Below, one piece after another: positions 1 to 11,273 of a stretch of DNA of 64,000 nucleotides (position 1 is its first letter; each line of letters begins with the position of its first letter). A model generated the notes under the pieces. The model searched no databases. It was not told the origin of the DNA and saw only the letters and a program-made list of their open reading frames with translations. A program made the translations under genes and the position numbers. The DNA is from Vicugna vicugna (taxonomy: Eukaryota). The stretch lies in NCBI GenBank assembly GCA_013265495.1, contig MU057640.1:124001-188000 (forward strand). Reading direction: 5' to 3'.

Positions 1-447
1 TTTTAATCTTCCCAAATCTCTAATTAATATGATACAGTCACAAGAGTAACAACAAAGGGGACCCACACTAAACTTAAGAGATTATATCACCATTTTACAG
101 GTCAAGAAATGGAGGCTTCGAGAAGTTGGATGATTTGCCTAAGGTCATGAAGCCTGTGAGTTTTTCCAACTAGACAGACCCTGGGCTATACCGGCAAGAT
201 CTGATGGAGATCCAGGCGTCACTATCCACTGACTGCCTGACCCTGGGCAAGTCTCAGGTCTCTGAAGCCTGAGCTTCCCCATCTGTAGAATGGTGGTAAC
301 AAGGCCCTCCAGGCTGGGCTGTTTGGAAGATTACAGGTTAGGGATGGAGACGAAGAGCCAGCTGACCTCAGGGTTTTGGCTCCAACAGGCTCAGCCCCCG
401 GCCCCGGATCCCTGTCCCACCCCCAGTCTGGGGAGGAGGGGCCTCAC

Positions 448-925
448 CTGTAGGAGGAGCTGTGGGAGGGTGGTGCCGGTCGGCCTGCGTCTCTGCTCAG
501 TCCAGGGGCACTGGGCCCAAGCTCCTGGCCCCGGGGCTGTTCTCCAAAAGCCTGTCTGCGGTCCACTGCCCCTGGCCCAGGCTCTTGGTCTCGCCACCAG
601 AGGCCACCAGAAGGCAAGGGCTTTCTCTGGACCATGGGCCCCGTCCCATGTCGGCTGGCCTCCTGCCGGCCCCTAGGACCACTGCCGTCACCATCTGTGT
701 GTGTGCTCTGGCCAGAGGTCCCAGGCTCAGGTCGGCGGGGCCTGTGTTGGGCCCCCCGACAGCTGTTCACACACTCCTCCTCCGAGGCAAAGTTATTGGC
801 GTTGCCGTGGCAGCCGCCGTACCAGAAGCGGTTACACTGGCCCACGGAGGCGATGAAGTACCAGCGGGCAGCCCAGTCGGTGCAGGAGCCGTGGGCACTG
901 GGCAGCAGGCACCGCACGGGGTATG
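448..925 (-). CDS. PAPLN: PAPLN exon 19: Kunitz/BPTI domain plus linker
   Basis: ctcag|CA TAC CCC...TAC AG|gtgag; YPVRCLLPSAHGSCTDWAARWYF...FWYGGCHGNANNFASEEECVNSC; 478 nt. Confidence 0.96.
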
Positions 926-1912
926 CTGAGGGGCGGGGAGGGCGCAGGTCATCAGGCCCAGGAACGAAGCTGCAAATGCTGCCCAGCAGAGCCCTGCCGG
1001 AGAGCGCCCTCCATCCCCTCGGCCCCAGAATTAGGAGAGAGGCCCTTCCCAGTTTAAAGAGCATGCCTACACCCCCACCTGGCCCCTGACCGGCCTTGGG
1101 CTGGGACTCTAGCAGCCTCCAGAATCAGTCCTGTCCACCTGCGCCCCCAGAGCAAGAGCCCTCCAGAAGGTCAGGGCCATGAGCTCCCCGGACAGGCTCC
1201 CTCATGCCCCTCCCCAGCCCCCTAGCGCCCCCACAGAGCAACTTGAGGGCTAAATCTTGCGAGCTTAGCTGACAATAAGGACTCAGCCCTGAGCCCCCAG
1301 AGGCCTTTGAAGATGCCCAGCGAGGGGCCTGCCCTTGTTCCCAGGGCCCTTCACCAGCCTCTGAACCTCCTCCAGCCCCCAGCCTGCCTGTAATAACAGC
1401 CTCGCCTCTCTGCATTCAGATGTGACCACAGCTGGCTCCTGCTTAAAGCCTGTCCAGGTGCCCAGCCTTCTGCAGACTCTGACCACTAGCCTGTCTGGCT
1501 TTCAACGTCCCCATGATGCTCCCTGGCAGCTCCTCCTGTGCACCCTGTGCTTTGACCTCAAAGTCCTCCCTCTAGGACTCATCCCAGGTAGGGTGGAGAC
1601 ACTGACCACCCTGCCTCTGGAGGGGGCTGAGCCCAAGGGCAGCACAGGCCTTCCTTCTCCATAGACTCTTCTCTGACAAGTCTCCCCAGCTCCCATAAGC
1701 AGCCAGGCAGCCTAACTACAAACTGTTGGACACGAGAACCATCTGACACCATTCTCTGGCCTGGCACCTAGTAGATGATCAGTAAGTATTTGTGGAAGAA
1801 ATGAACAAATAACTGAGCTGGTATTGTCTTTGGCTCTGGGTGGAGTGGGGTGGGGGACACAGTGGAACAAGCGCCAACCCACCAGGAAGGACGAGCAGGG
1901 GCACCCACTCAC

Positions 1913-2036
1913 CATAGCTGGGCTGGCCCACACAGCCTTCCCCAAGAGGGCCGGCCGCAGAGGCCACGTTGTCATAGCAACAGCCGAACCGGGAGCCCCG
2001 GCATTCACTAGGCTCATTCTGCTGGGCCTGGGGAGC
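1913..2036 (-). CDS. PAPLN: PAPLN exon 18
   Basis: ccccag|GCT CCC CAG...TAT G|gtgag; APQAQQNEPSECRGSRFGCCYDNVASAAGPLGEGCVGQPSY; 124 nt (acceptor slightly less certain). Confidence 0.9.
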
Positions 2037-2372
2037 CTGGGGAGGAAGCCCAGGGTTAGGAAGTTGGAAACAGATCTGGCTATAGGTTGCTGAGGGGCAG
2101 GATGGCAGGAAGAGAGAGGGACAGAACTGTGAATCCATGGTGCATAACCCCAGTTCTGGGAGGAGATGAGAGGTCAGGAGAACGTCAGATGAACCCCCCA
2201 ACTCCAGCCCAGGCCTGTCACTGAAGCCCTGTGCCCTGGAGAGGGTGGCCCAGGCCAGCAGGCTCCAGAGCCCTCCTTTCTCCAAGGCCAAAGCTGCAAA
2301 GAACCTGGGTCACAGTGGCACTGAGCAGGCTTGAGGGCTGGACTTCTGCCCCTCACATGACCAGACACTTAC

Positions 2373-2493
2373 TATGGAAGCCACCGCTCTCGACCCTGGC
2401 CTGCTCCCGGTGTTGTCACCTCCATAAGACCTTGCACAGCCAGCTTGATGGGGCCCCTCAGCCACAGACACGCCGTCAGAGCAGCACCCGAAC
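2373..2493 (-). CDS. PAPLN: PAPLN exon 17
   Basis: tctag|G TTC GGG TGC TGC...TCC ATA|gtaag; FGCCSDGVSVAEGPHQAGCARSYGGDNTGSRPGSRAVASI; 121 nt; not in the ORF track. Confidence 0.93.
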
Positions 2494-3507
2494 CTAGACA
2501 GACATCACACAGCCCTCCCCTCACCACCCAGGCCTGAACCCTACCCTACCAGGGTCCCTGAGCTTCCAGCATCCCAGGATTCCAGGCCCTGAGGCTCCCT
2601 GAGCTGGGAGCTCATCTGGCAAAGACCTGAGTGGGGACAGTCTGTCCCTGTATGCAAGGGGAAGCATTTTGCTTACCCCAGTCTGTCATGTCCACTGGCC
2701 ACCTAGGGGCTACCAAAAAGGGCAGCAGTAACTCAATAAGCAGAGCTGAACTCCCAGTAAATGACAGATTCTCAACTCAAAAGTCCCACCGTAAAACAGA
2801 GGAGGGGGATGTTCACCTGAGCCTGCCCAAATGCCAGGTTCCCAGGGAGTTTTTACAAAATAGCAGCAGATAGGAGATGGGGCAGAAAAGGGTATCAGAG
2901 GAGCCCACCACTTATCTCACCTCCACCAACAGGAGTCAGGAAGGAAGTTGAAAGAAGGAACGTATCAAAGTGCTGTCTATGTGCCAGGCACATGTGATTT
3001 GTTTCATCTTGACAGTAACCCCAGCCAGTGGCTGTCATTGTTCCCAATTCTCAGCAGAGAAAGCCAAGATCAGAGAGGTTAAGTAAGTTTCTCCAAGTCA
3101 CCCAGCACATAGCTGGTAAGTGGCTGAGCTAGGAATCACCCCCAGGCTGCTGGCCCAGAAGTCTAGGCCCTTAGCACCCAGCCCCTGAGGGAGTGGGAGC
3201 CTGGTTTGGATCTGAGAGTTAGAATCATACTCCATTTGTCTTCCCAGCACTTTAGGCTACATCTCAACAGTCTGACTTCTTTAGAGACGGCAAGGGTTTT
3301 CACACCGCCTGCTTAGCACATTAGGGAGCTCAGCAAGAGGAAGCCAAGTCCTCAAATGACACGATCGGAGCAGCTCAGAGTCCCGTTCCTGAGCTCTGCT
3401 AACCCACCCCACCCCTTTCTGAGCAGAAACACTGTCCACCCCATCATACACCCCACAACCAAGACACACCTCCCATTTTGACTTGGTGAGGAGGAAGAGG
3501 CACCCAC

Positions 3508-3763
3508 CTGCTCTGCTGACATGAGGCCCCCAGACAGCCTTGCCACTGTGGCCCAAGAGATGCAGTGTGGCCATCAGGGCAGCACCCATAGGGGCTGTGT
3601 CTGCAGTCACGGGGCCCTGAGCCAGACCGCAGGGTCTGCTGGTGTGAGGACTGCTGCGGAGACAGGGCTGGGCCCAGGGCTGGCAGATGGGAGCTCTGGT
3701 CTCCTCTGGGGTTACCCTGAATTGAGGGTTGCTCCTGGGATGCCCACCACTGATTTCTGGAAT
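3508..3763 (-). CDS. PAPLN: PAPLN exon 16
   Basis: tctag|AT TCC AGA...AGC AG|gtggg; SRNQWWASQEQ...DCRHSPYGCCPDGHTASLGPQWQGC; 256 nt. Confidence 0.94.
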
Positions 3764-3929
3764 CTAGAAAGAAGAAGGGAACAAAAGACATATGATGTAT
3801 CTGCCTGGCTCGTCACCCTCCACCTGTGTCTACATCACCTACCTATCTCCATGCCCCAAAACCACTTGCCCCCACCCTCCACCTCCATCTCCAGGGCCTG
3901 AGGTTGGGGGCTTCCCCTGAGCTTCTCAT

Positions 3930-4010
3930 CTGAGGCAGGGGTCTTCCGAGGGCCCAAAGGCATCTAGGGGTTCCTGGGGCTGGTGCGCACATCCTGTGCG
4001 CTGGGGACTT
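3930..4010 (-). pseudogene. PAPLN: Degenerate PAPLN exon 15 (pseudo-exon): in-frame TAG and donor GT>AT
   Basis: ctgcag|AA GTC CCC AGC GCA CAG GAT GTG CGC ACC AGC CCC AGG AAC CCC TAG ATG CCT TTG GGC CCT...TCA G|atgaga; resembles recalled human EVPSMQDVHTPASNPWMPLGPQESPASD; 81 nt, phase 1-1. Confidence 0.85.
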
Positions 4011-4949
4011 CTGCAGGGAGCCGAGGCAGTCAGAGCAGAGGGAAGGAGGAGAGATGGGCCCGGACAGCGGCCACCCCCACCAATGTTTGCTCCCACCCCA
4101 CTGCTCAGACAGGACCTGGAAAACCCAGGACAGCAGAAGTGACAAGGAGCAGATTTGTATTTTCGTAAACACCCTTCCCAGGTTTCAAAAGCGTCTTTAA
4201 TCACATAGAAAATACTAATACTACATGTTTAGCCGAAAAGAAAAGCCAGATATAAAATTAGCATCTATGTTTGATCCCAACTATATAAAACAAACAAAAA
4301 TGATACACAAATATTTTCCAACTAGATTGATGAAAAGACAAACAATCCCGTTAAAAAATGGGCAATGAACTTGAACAGACCCTTCTCCAAAGAAGATAAA
4401 TAAATGGCCGACAAGCACATGAAAGGATGTTCAGCAGCATCAGTTGTGAAGGAAACGCAAATCAGAGCCACAAGGAGACACCACTTCACATGTAAACGGA
4501 AGGCTCTAACGCAAAAGACAAGTAACAACTGTTGGCGAGGGTGCAAACAAACTGGAACCCGCAAGCACTGCTGGTGGGAATGTAAAACAGTGCAGCCACT
4601 GTGGAAACAGCCTGGCTGTTCCTCATAAAGTTAAACAGAGTTACCATGTGGCCCAGCAATCCCAATTCTAAGTCCGCACAGACACTGGTACGTGACTGTT
4701 CATAGCAGCATTCTTCATCATAGTCCGAAGGTGGAAACAACCCAAACATCCATTAACAGATGAATGGACAAACAAATTGTGGTACATCCATATAATTCGG
4801 TGTGATTTAGTCATAGAAAACAAATGAATAAATACTGATAAATGCCACAACTTGGATGAACCTCAAAAACATTCTTCTAAGTGAAAAAAGCCAGGCACAA
4901 AAGGCCTGCTCATTCCTTTTTATATGCCGTACCCAGAATTGGCAGGGAG

Positions 4950-4986
4950 GCGCTGGTGGTATAGTGGTGAGCACAGCTGCCTTCCA
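4950..4986 (+). pseudogene. 5'-half tRNA-Gly(TCC) tailless retrocopy
   Basis: GCGCTGGTGGTATAGTGGTGAGCACAGCTGCCTTCCA, 2 differences from the recalled tRNA-Gly-TCC 5' half; 12-bp direct repeat ccagaattggca at 4933-4944 and 4984-4995. Confidence 0.88.
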
Positions 4987-5282
4987 GAATTGGCAAACCC
5001 ACAGAGCAGATCAGGTTACCAGGGAAGAGGACTGGGGTTAACGGGCAGTGATTATTTAATGGGTACTAGATGCGTTTATGGGGTGATGAAAATTTTTGAA
5101 ACTAGAGGAGAGGTGGTGGTCGTACAACATGGAGAACACACCAAATAACAGCACACTGTGCCCTCCAGAACGCCCACTGTGTGTGATGTGAATTTCACCT
5201 CAATAATGAGTCCATATTAAAACCGACTGGACTGATAGATGAAAAGGACAGACAGAGAGTAGATGATGAAAAGGCAAACATA

Positions 5283-5366
5283 GGGGGAGGGTATAGCTCA
5301 AGTGGTAGAGCCCATCCTTAGCATGCACAAGGTCCTGGGTTCAATCCCCAGTACCTCTAATTTAAA
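5283..5366 (+). mobile_element. tRNA-derived SINE (camelid Vic-1-like)
   Basis: ggggagggtatagctcaagtggtagag...ggtcctgggttcaatccccagtacctc with A/B boxes; TSD gaaaaggcaaacata / gaaaaagcaaatata. Confidence 0.85.
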
Positions 5367-6149
5367 GAAAAAGCAAATATATGTGTACACACTTATCAAA
5401 ATTCATCAAATTGAACATCCAAAATATGTGTAATTTACTGTACAGGAATTATACCATAATAAAATTGTTTAAAAAAAAGAAAAAGAAAATATAACAAAAT
5501 ATTGACTGTGGAACTTAAATGATGGGCACATGGCTGCTCACTACAGTTCTTCAACTTTCCTGTACGACTAAAATTTCTCACCATCTCACTGTCTAATCTG
5601 GTAAATTTACTAAAAAGCATGAACTGTACCAGTAGAATGAGTGAATTTTCTGGTATATGATACTTGACCACTTCAATAAAGTTCTTAAAAAGACTTTTCA
5701 TCATAAAATGTTAGAGAAAAAAATGCAGAAGGCTGAGTAGAGAAAATGAGGACAACAGTTATTCTTTTTTTCATGATGCACAAAAGAAGGCTAGCAGGAC
5801 ACCCCGAGAGTGCTCACAGTGAAGTGGCTGGGCACTTCGTGTCAGGGTTGGGGGTGGTCCTTTCCTGCTATTTGTTAGTGTCTCTCAAATTTTCCACAAT
5901 AAGCACATTACTACATGGTGGAACAAAGTTATGAAAAATAAAATAATTGAAAATTCCATTCCCATATGGACATCTTGCCAGTCCCCAGGGGGATATTTTA
6001 AAAACAATAACTTAGGAGGCATGTGGTAAAATCTTGGTTTTCACGTTATCGCCTATCCCACTCAGGCCAAAACCTCAGGCAAGGCTGGTTTAAACTCTCT
6101 CCCGGGTCCTGAAACCACTTGGGTAAGTGAATCTACGTTTTCAACTGGA

Positions 6150-6465
6150 CATTTGATGACATCTAAATCCAGATCAGGTATGCCAGCGAAATTTTAGCAC
6201 CTGAACTGAGGTGTGCCGTGAGTGTAAGCTATACATTGGATTTGGAAGATTTCATTTTGTTAAAAAAATCTTGTGGAAAAAGAACATAAAATACCCCATT
6301 CGTAATTTTTATATAGATTATATGTCAAAAATACTTTATTGGGTTAAATAAAACATATTATTAAATATAAATTCACTTGTTTCTTTTTACTTTTTCAAAT
6401 GTGGGTCTTAGAAAATTTTAAATGACATATGGGGCTTGCATTCTCTGTCTTTTGGCCAGTGCTGC
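6150..6465 (+). mobile_element. hAT Charlie1/MER33-like DNA transposon fragment
   Basis: ttagcacctgaactgaggtgtgccgtgagtgtaa...ttggccagtgctg resembles the recalled Charlie1 end. Confidence 0.65.
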
Positions 6466-8033
6466 CCTACAGGCCAGAAAAAAAAAGGCAGCAGAGTTGT
6501 CTGTGTGTCCAAGGGACACCCAGCCCTCAGGGGGCCTCCTCTTCCCACTCTCAGCCCCTCCCTGCAGGTGCTCGCCAGTAAGCACTACAGCACTGGTTTC
6601 AGTACCCCAGGCCCCAGAAACCACCTAAATTCTAAATTCTCACCCACCGTGGGCCCACCTAGAAAGCACAGGACGAAAATGTTCACACACCAGATGGCAT
6701 TTAGTGGCGACAGTAGATACAAAATCACACTTACAAGGAAGTTCAGGAAAGATTTATCCCAACACCGATGGGATCAAGGGCAATTTAAGTTTCTCGCTGT
6801 ACACTCCTTTTCTAATTTCCCCAAACTGTCCACAATGACCATGCATTATTATTATGCTTATGAAAACAGCGGTGAAGGTTATTTCTTTTACAATTCAGCC
6901 TGGTCTGAAGTTCTCTTTCCACTTCCTTCCTTTCTACCTACTGCAAATGCCTCTCTAGGGCAAGACCAGGGCTGCCTCTTCCAGGAAGGTGTCCGGGGCC
7001 CTGGGACACTGAGTGGCTCCAGGGGGCTGGGCTTGGAAGAGCTCGGGGATCCTTCTGCTCATGCACCCCAAGGGCCAGGCCCAGGCTGAGGAGCCCCAGG
7101 AGCCACTGCTGCTGACCCTTTGCTCATCGGGTACTGTGTGTTCCTGGCCAAGAGATCACCACAGGCCTGAAAAGTCACTCTTACCAACTCATTATACAGA
7201 TGCACAAACTGAGGACCAGGGAGGAGAGGCACTTGCCCAGCCCCGCAGCCCTTCAGCAGTGGAGAGGAGATTTGAACCCAGGCTAGCTGTTGACTCCAGG
7301 CCATTGGTTCTCAGCCACCTTACCACATGCCTCCATAGGAATCCTACCCCTCCCCCACCTTGGGCACGTCAGGGCCACACACACCTCTCTGCAGTATCAC
7401 CTCCAACTGCCCCTGCCCCAGCTCAGCCCCAACCCACAGCTTTCCTCAATAACACTTCCTCACACCAAGTTAAGTGCTGGCCTCCGTGCCCTTCGTCCTG
7501 CAGCTCCTCATGACTGGGCACCGTCGTTCCCAGTGGGGATGGGAGTGAGGGGAAGTGGGGAAGACAGGAGCAATGTACGAGGACAAGCTTTCCTGGACCA
7601 CCTCTCTCTCTGTGCTCGGTCACACGGTCATTCAACAAACATTTACTGAGTACCTACCACATGCTAGCAAAGTTCTGGGTGGAGGGGGTTGCGGACAGGG
7701 GTAAAACAGAAAGAAGGAAGTCAAGGTCCTGGCCCCCAGGCAGCTCCTAGCTAGTAGGCCAGCCTAACCATATACAACCACTGCAGCTCAGAACCAACCT
7801 AAGAGTGACAGCAGTTACAATGAGCTATGTGAGGTGGGGACAGGGCTGGCTCGGGAGGTTGCCTAGAGCTGGACTTCAGGGGTGGCAAGCGCTTCAGTAG
7901 GTGGAGATGGGGGAGAAGGGCGGTCCAGGAGGCAGACGCAGCACAGGCAAAGGCCCAGCACAGGAAGTGCTGGCCAGGTTTACGGTGGGGAAAGAGGTCA
8001 GGCCAGGCTCCGCCCCGCCCGTCCTGTCCTTAC

Positions 8034-8175
8034 CTGGAGGAAGATGGCAGGGCTGCGTGTTACAGGGCTCCGCATCTGCAGGCTTCGACGGCAGCAGGCT
8101 CTCGCAGTGGCTGGGTGGCCCAATGGCACAGACCACCTGGCGCCTCCGAGTGCCTGAGCTGCAGCTCTTGGAGCA
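8034..8175 (-). CDS. PAPLN: PAPLN exon 14 (TSR)
   Basis: ccag|TGC TCC AAG...CCA G|gtaag; CSKSCSSGTRRRQVVC...CNTQPCHLPP; 142 nt. Confidence 0.95.
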
Positions 8176-8377
8176 CTGGGGCCGGGGCGGGAGTGGGAAG
8201 AGAGAACACGCCCGCATCAAGAGACAGACCTTGAGGCTGGGGGTGGGGACACCCAGAAGGCAGAGGGGAGGTGCCTGGTCCCGCACGACAGACCCAAGGA
8301 CAGGCACAGGCACAGCTCCTGTCAGAGACCCAGGCAACCAGGCCTGGGCAGCAGGTATGGGGAGAGGAAGTACTCAC

Positions 8378-8557
8378 CAGACCCCAGGCGCCTACGTGCC
8401 AGGCCTGGTTGCTGAGGGGACAGTCGTCACGCACACAGGGCTCAGTAAGGGGGGGACGGTCCTCCAAGGAGCACGCCGTGGCATGAAGCAGAGACCCCTC
8501 GTCACCCCGGCAAGTGATGCTCCGCCTCCGGACTCCAGCACCGCAGCTGACAGAGCA
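8378..8557 (-). CDS. PAPLN: PAPLN exon 13 (TSR)
   Basis: tacag|TGC TCT GTC...CTG|gtgag; CSVSCGAGVRRRSITC...WHVGAWGL; 180 nt. Confidence 0.95.
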
Positions 8558-9029
8558 CTGTAAGGACCGGGCTGTCAGCAGGAGCTGGCCTTCACCCAGA
8601 GGAGCCATGCCAGCTCAGACAGCTGGAGGCCCACTGGCCTGGCATGGAGGGCAGACAGCACCCTGTTGCCCACATTCAGACTGGGGCTGCAGACACCTGG
8701 CTGAGGTGTAAAACACGTTCCCTCATTTGCAACCAGAACATATGTAGATGCTGGAAGCAGTGACCAGCAGCCCCAGGAGTGTCAGCTCCTCCCTTGCCCC
8801 CCAGAAATGTGCCCAGCTTCTTCTTTCCCTCTACTAAAGCCTTTCCCACCCTGCCTGGGACCCTAGAGAAGGAGAAGGAGCACTGGAGCAGGAGTCCAAG
8901 CCCCTGCTCCTAGTCCCAGCCTTGGCCACAGCTTCCAATATGATCAGCAGGTCACTTTACTCCCCGGATCTGTTTCCACAGTGGAGGACAGGCCTCCCAG
9001 CCCTGCCCCAATCCCAGCGGGGGCCTCAC

Positions 9030-9237
9030 CTCCCCCCAGGGCTCCACACTCCAGGATGCACAGCGCTGCAGGTTGCAAGCCTGCGTGGTAGGGGGCTTCC
9101 CCGGCAGGCCCGCACACTCGATGTCCTCGGCAGCCTCCTGGACGCCAGCCCCATTGGACGAGACGCAATAGACGGAGCGAGACTGGGAGCCGCCCCCACA
9201 GGAGGCCGAGCAGGGCGCCCAGGGCCCTGTCTTCCAG
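9030..9237 (-). CDS. PAPLN: PAPLN exon 12 (TSR)
   Basis: gccag|C TGG AAG...GAG|gtgag; WKTGPWAPCSASCGGGSQSRSVYC...WSVEPWGE; 208 nt. Confidence 0.95.
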
Positions 9238-10182
9238 CTGGCAGGAAACAGGAAGCCGGTGAGGCTGGCCTGGCAGCAGGGGCCAAGGCCCAGGCCTGAG
9301 GGGGTACCAGCTCTCACACGCAGGCAGAGGGGGGACCCTGACCCAGCCCATCCTCTGAGCATCGGGCCGTGCAGGTGAGGAGCAAATAGCTTTGCACAAA
9401 GGCCAAAGTCCAGCCCAGGTTGCTGTCTCCTACCACTGTGTGCTGGTCCTGACAACATGGAGCCGGCTGCCTCCCTCAGTGTTCCTGTCCTCACCTGCAT
9501 CCCCCCCTCTTCTCTCCAGATCCCCTGTCACCCCTAACCAGACTCCATTCCCTCCGGGTCAGACCTTAGGGGCGTCTCCCTGAGGGGCCGTGCTCACCCG
9601 GGTGTGTGGAGTGGCTCTGCCTGGCCCTGGGGCCCAAGGACCCAGAAGAAAAGGCCACCCACACTGCACATGCAAAGCCAAGCCCACCACCATCCCAAGA
9701 GACCAGCTGCCACCAAGGCTACGGGGTGGAAGGACTACACAGCCCATCAGGGAGCCTGTGGCCATCGGATTACCTGTTCCCGCACACACGCTGGGCCCCA
9801 GCAAGGTGCCACGCTCTGGGCCGGTGCAGGTAAGAGGTCCTTTGTGCACGAACAAAGGCATTACCAACACCTTGGCATCTGACAAGTTCCCTGCTGGCTC
9901 AAACGGGTTCCTCCGGTACCTCCCCAACCCTCCTGCCACCAGCCTGGACATTATAGGCACTGTGTGGACTCACAAGGGTGGACAGAATAGCCCGGGGTCT
10001 CGTGCTCAGACCCCTCCACTGCCTCCCCGCTGACAGCTGCCTCTTCCCCACTCCAGCCACTTCTGTGAGGAGCCCCTCAACCTCTTTCTTTGCTCCACAA
10101 CTAAAGCAGCTGAGGGACCCCACTCCCTTCCCACCAAGAGCTTGGACCCCACATGGGCAGAGGGAGCTAGCAAGGGCCTCAC

Positions 10183-10309
10183 CGCTTGGTGTGTGGACAG
10201 GGATGAGGGTTGCAGGGCCGGCGGTCAGCAGGCCGCGGCTGGTGCTGGCACATGTGGTCGGGGTAGGCCTCATTGTCGACGGAGCAGAAGACCAGGCGTG
10301 TCTGGTGAC
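10183..10309 (-). CDS. PAPLN: PAPLN exon 11
   Basis: tgcag|GT CAC CAG...AAG CG|gtgag; HQTRLVFCSVDNEAYPDHMC...CNPHPCPHTKR; 127 nt. Confidence 0.94.
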
Positions 10310-10740
10310 CTGCAGCGGCCCAGCCACAGTGGGCAGCCAGTCAGTCAACATTCACTGAACGCATTCTCTAGGCCAGGCACCATTCTGGACACCTCCCAAG
10401 TATCATCTTGATTAAGCCTCAAATGACCCCCTGGGGTAGGTGCCATCATTGTCCTCAGTTTACAGATGAGGAAACTGAGGCTCAGAGAGTTTTGTTTATA
10501 GGGGATGAAGCCCCACTCTGACACCCAGTCAGCAGCTCCAGGCCCAGCCTCTGCTGCCCATGGAGCACTGTCTCCTATGAGATGCCACTGCTTCGGGGAA
10601 CCCTGACCCCTGGTTTCTGCCCCCAGTCACCCCAAGGTGACCTCCGTGACATGCAGCTGTCTCGTCTACTTGTCCACCTCCCACCCAAGGCTGGAGTGCC
10701 CGCACACAGCCGTGTGCCCTCCCCAGGCCGCTGCCCTCAC

Positions 10741-10864
10741 CTCCGCCACACTCAGCGCTGCAGTCGCCCCACGAGCCGTGGCTCCAGCTGAAGCCGGGCC
10801 GGGGGGAGCTCAGGGGCAGGTGGTACTCGAAGCGCACACCGGGGTTGGGCTCCTGGCTGATGAG
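10741..10864 (-). CDS. PAPLN: PAPLN exon 10 (spacer end/TSR start)
   Basis: cacag|CTC ATC AGC...GGA G|gtgag; LISQEPNPGVRFEYHLP...WSHGSWGDCSAECGG; 124 nt. Confidence 0.95.
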
Positions 10865-11001
10865 CTGTGCAGGAGGGTCCCCTCTGAGCCTGACGCCAGG
10901 GGGGCCTCCCTCACTTGCGCCGCAGCCCTTCCGCTGGCCCCCTGGGGGCCGCCAGGTGCCCCCACTCACCCCTGAGGCCCTCTCCTGCCTGCCCCACTCA
11001 C

Positions 11002-11174
11002 CTCAATGACCAGGGGCTCTGAGGTGGGGCCGCGGGCATGGAGCCGCTCGGGCGCCAGGTCCCCCTCGGCTCCCCGCTCATAGTGCAGGATGGTGCTGGC
11101 CACGGGCAGGGCCCGGGCGCCCTCGATCGTCCAGTGCCCATTGAGATAGTATTCACCATGGACGCTCTTCACCG
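11002..11174 (-). CDS. PAPLN: PAPLN exon 9 (ADAMTS spacer)
   Basis: cacag|CG GTG AAG...GAG|gtgag; VKSVHGEYYLNGHWTI...GPTSEPLVIE; 173 nt. Confidence 0.95.
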
Positions 11175-11273
11175 CTGTGCAGGGTGAGTACCCTAGTCAG
11201 CTGCCAGGGCAGGACACGCCTCCCAGCCCCAGCCCCAGCCCCAGATTCACCCCAGACTCAAACATGCACTCAC

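Larger units (their letters stand above)
4320..5470 (+). mobile_element. Old L1 (L1M-type) ORF2 3' end and 3' UTR fragments
   Basis: Typical L1 motifs: aaaatgggcaatgaacttgaacagac, gctggtgggaatgtaaa, gacaaacaaattgtggtacatccata. Confidence 0.85.

Noticed and set aside
5283..5357. tRNA-like sequences (this and the five similar copies) as real tRNA genes
   Set aside because: Diverged from each other, with A-rich tails and target-site duplications: SINEs
6686..6701. CTCF-like motif acaccagatggcat
   Set aside because: Imperfect single match; expected by chance in 64 kb
6436..7089. 217-aa plus-strand ORF
   Set aside because: Starts in a transposon end and crosses repeat-like sequence; no domain recognised
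7901..8563. 220-aa plus-strand ORF, and similar antisense ORFs at 290-1089 and 20349-22358
   Set aside because: Antisense shadows of GC-rich exons and CpG islands; stop-poor by composition
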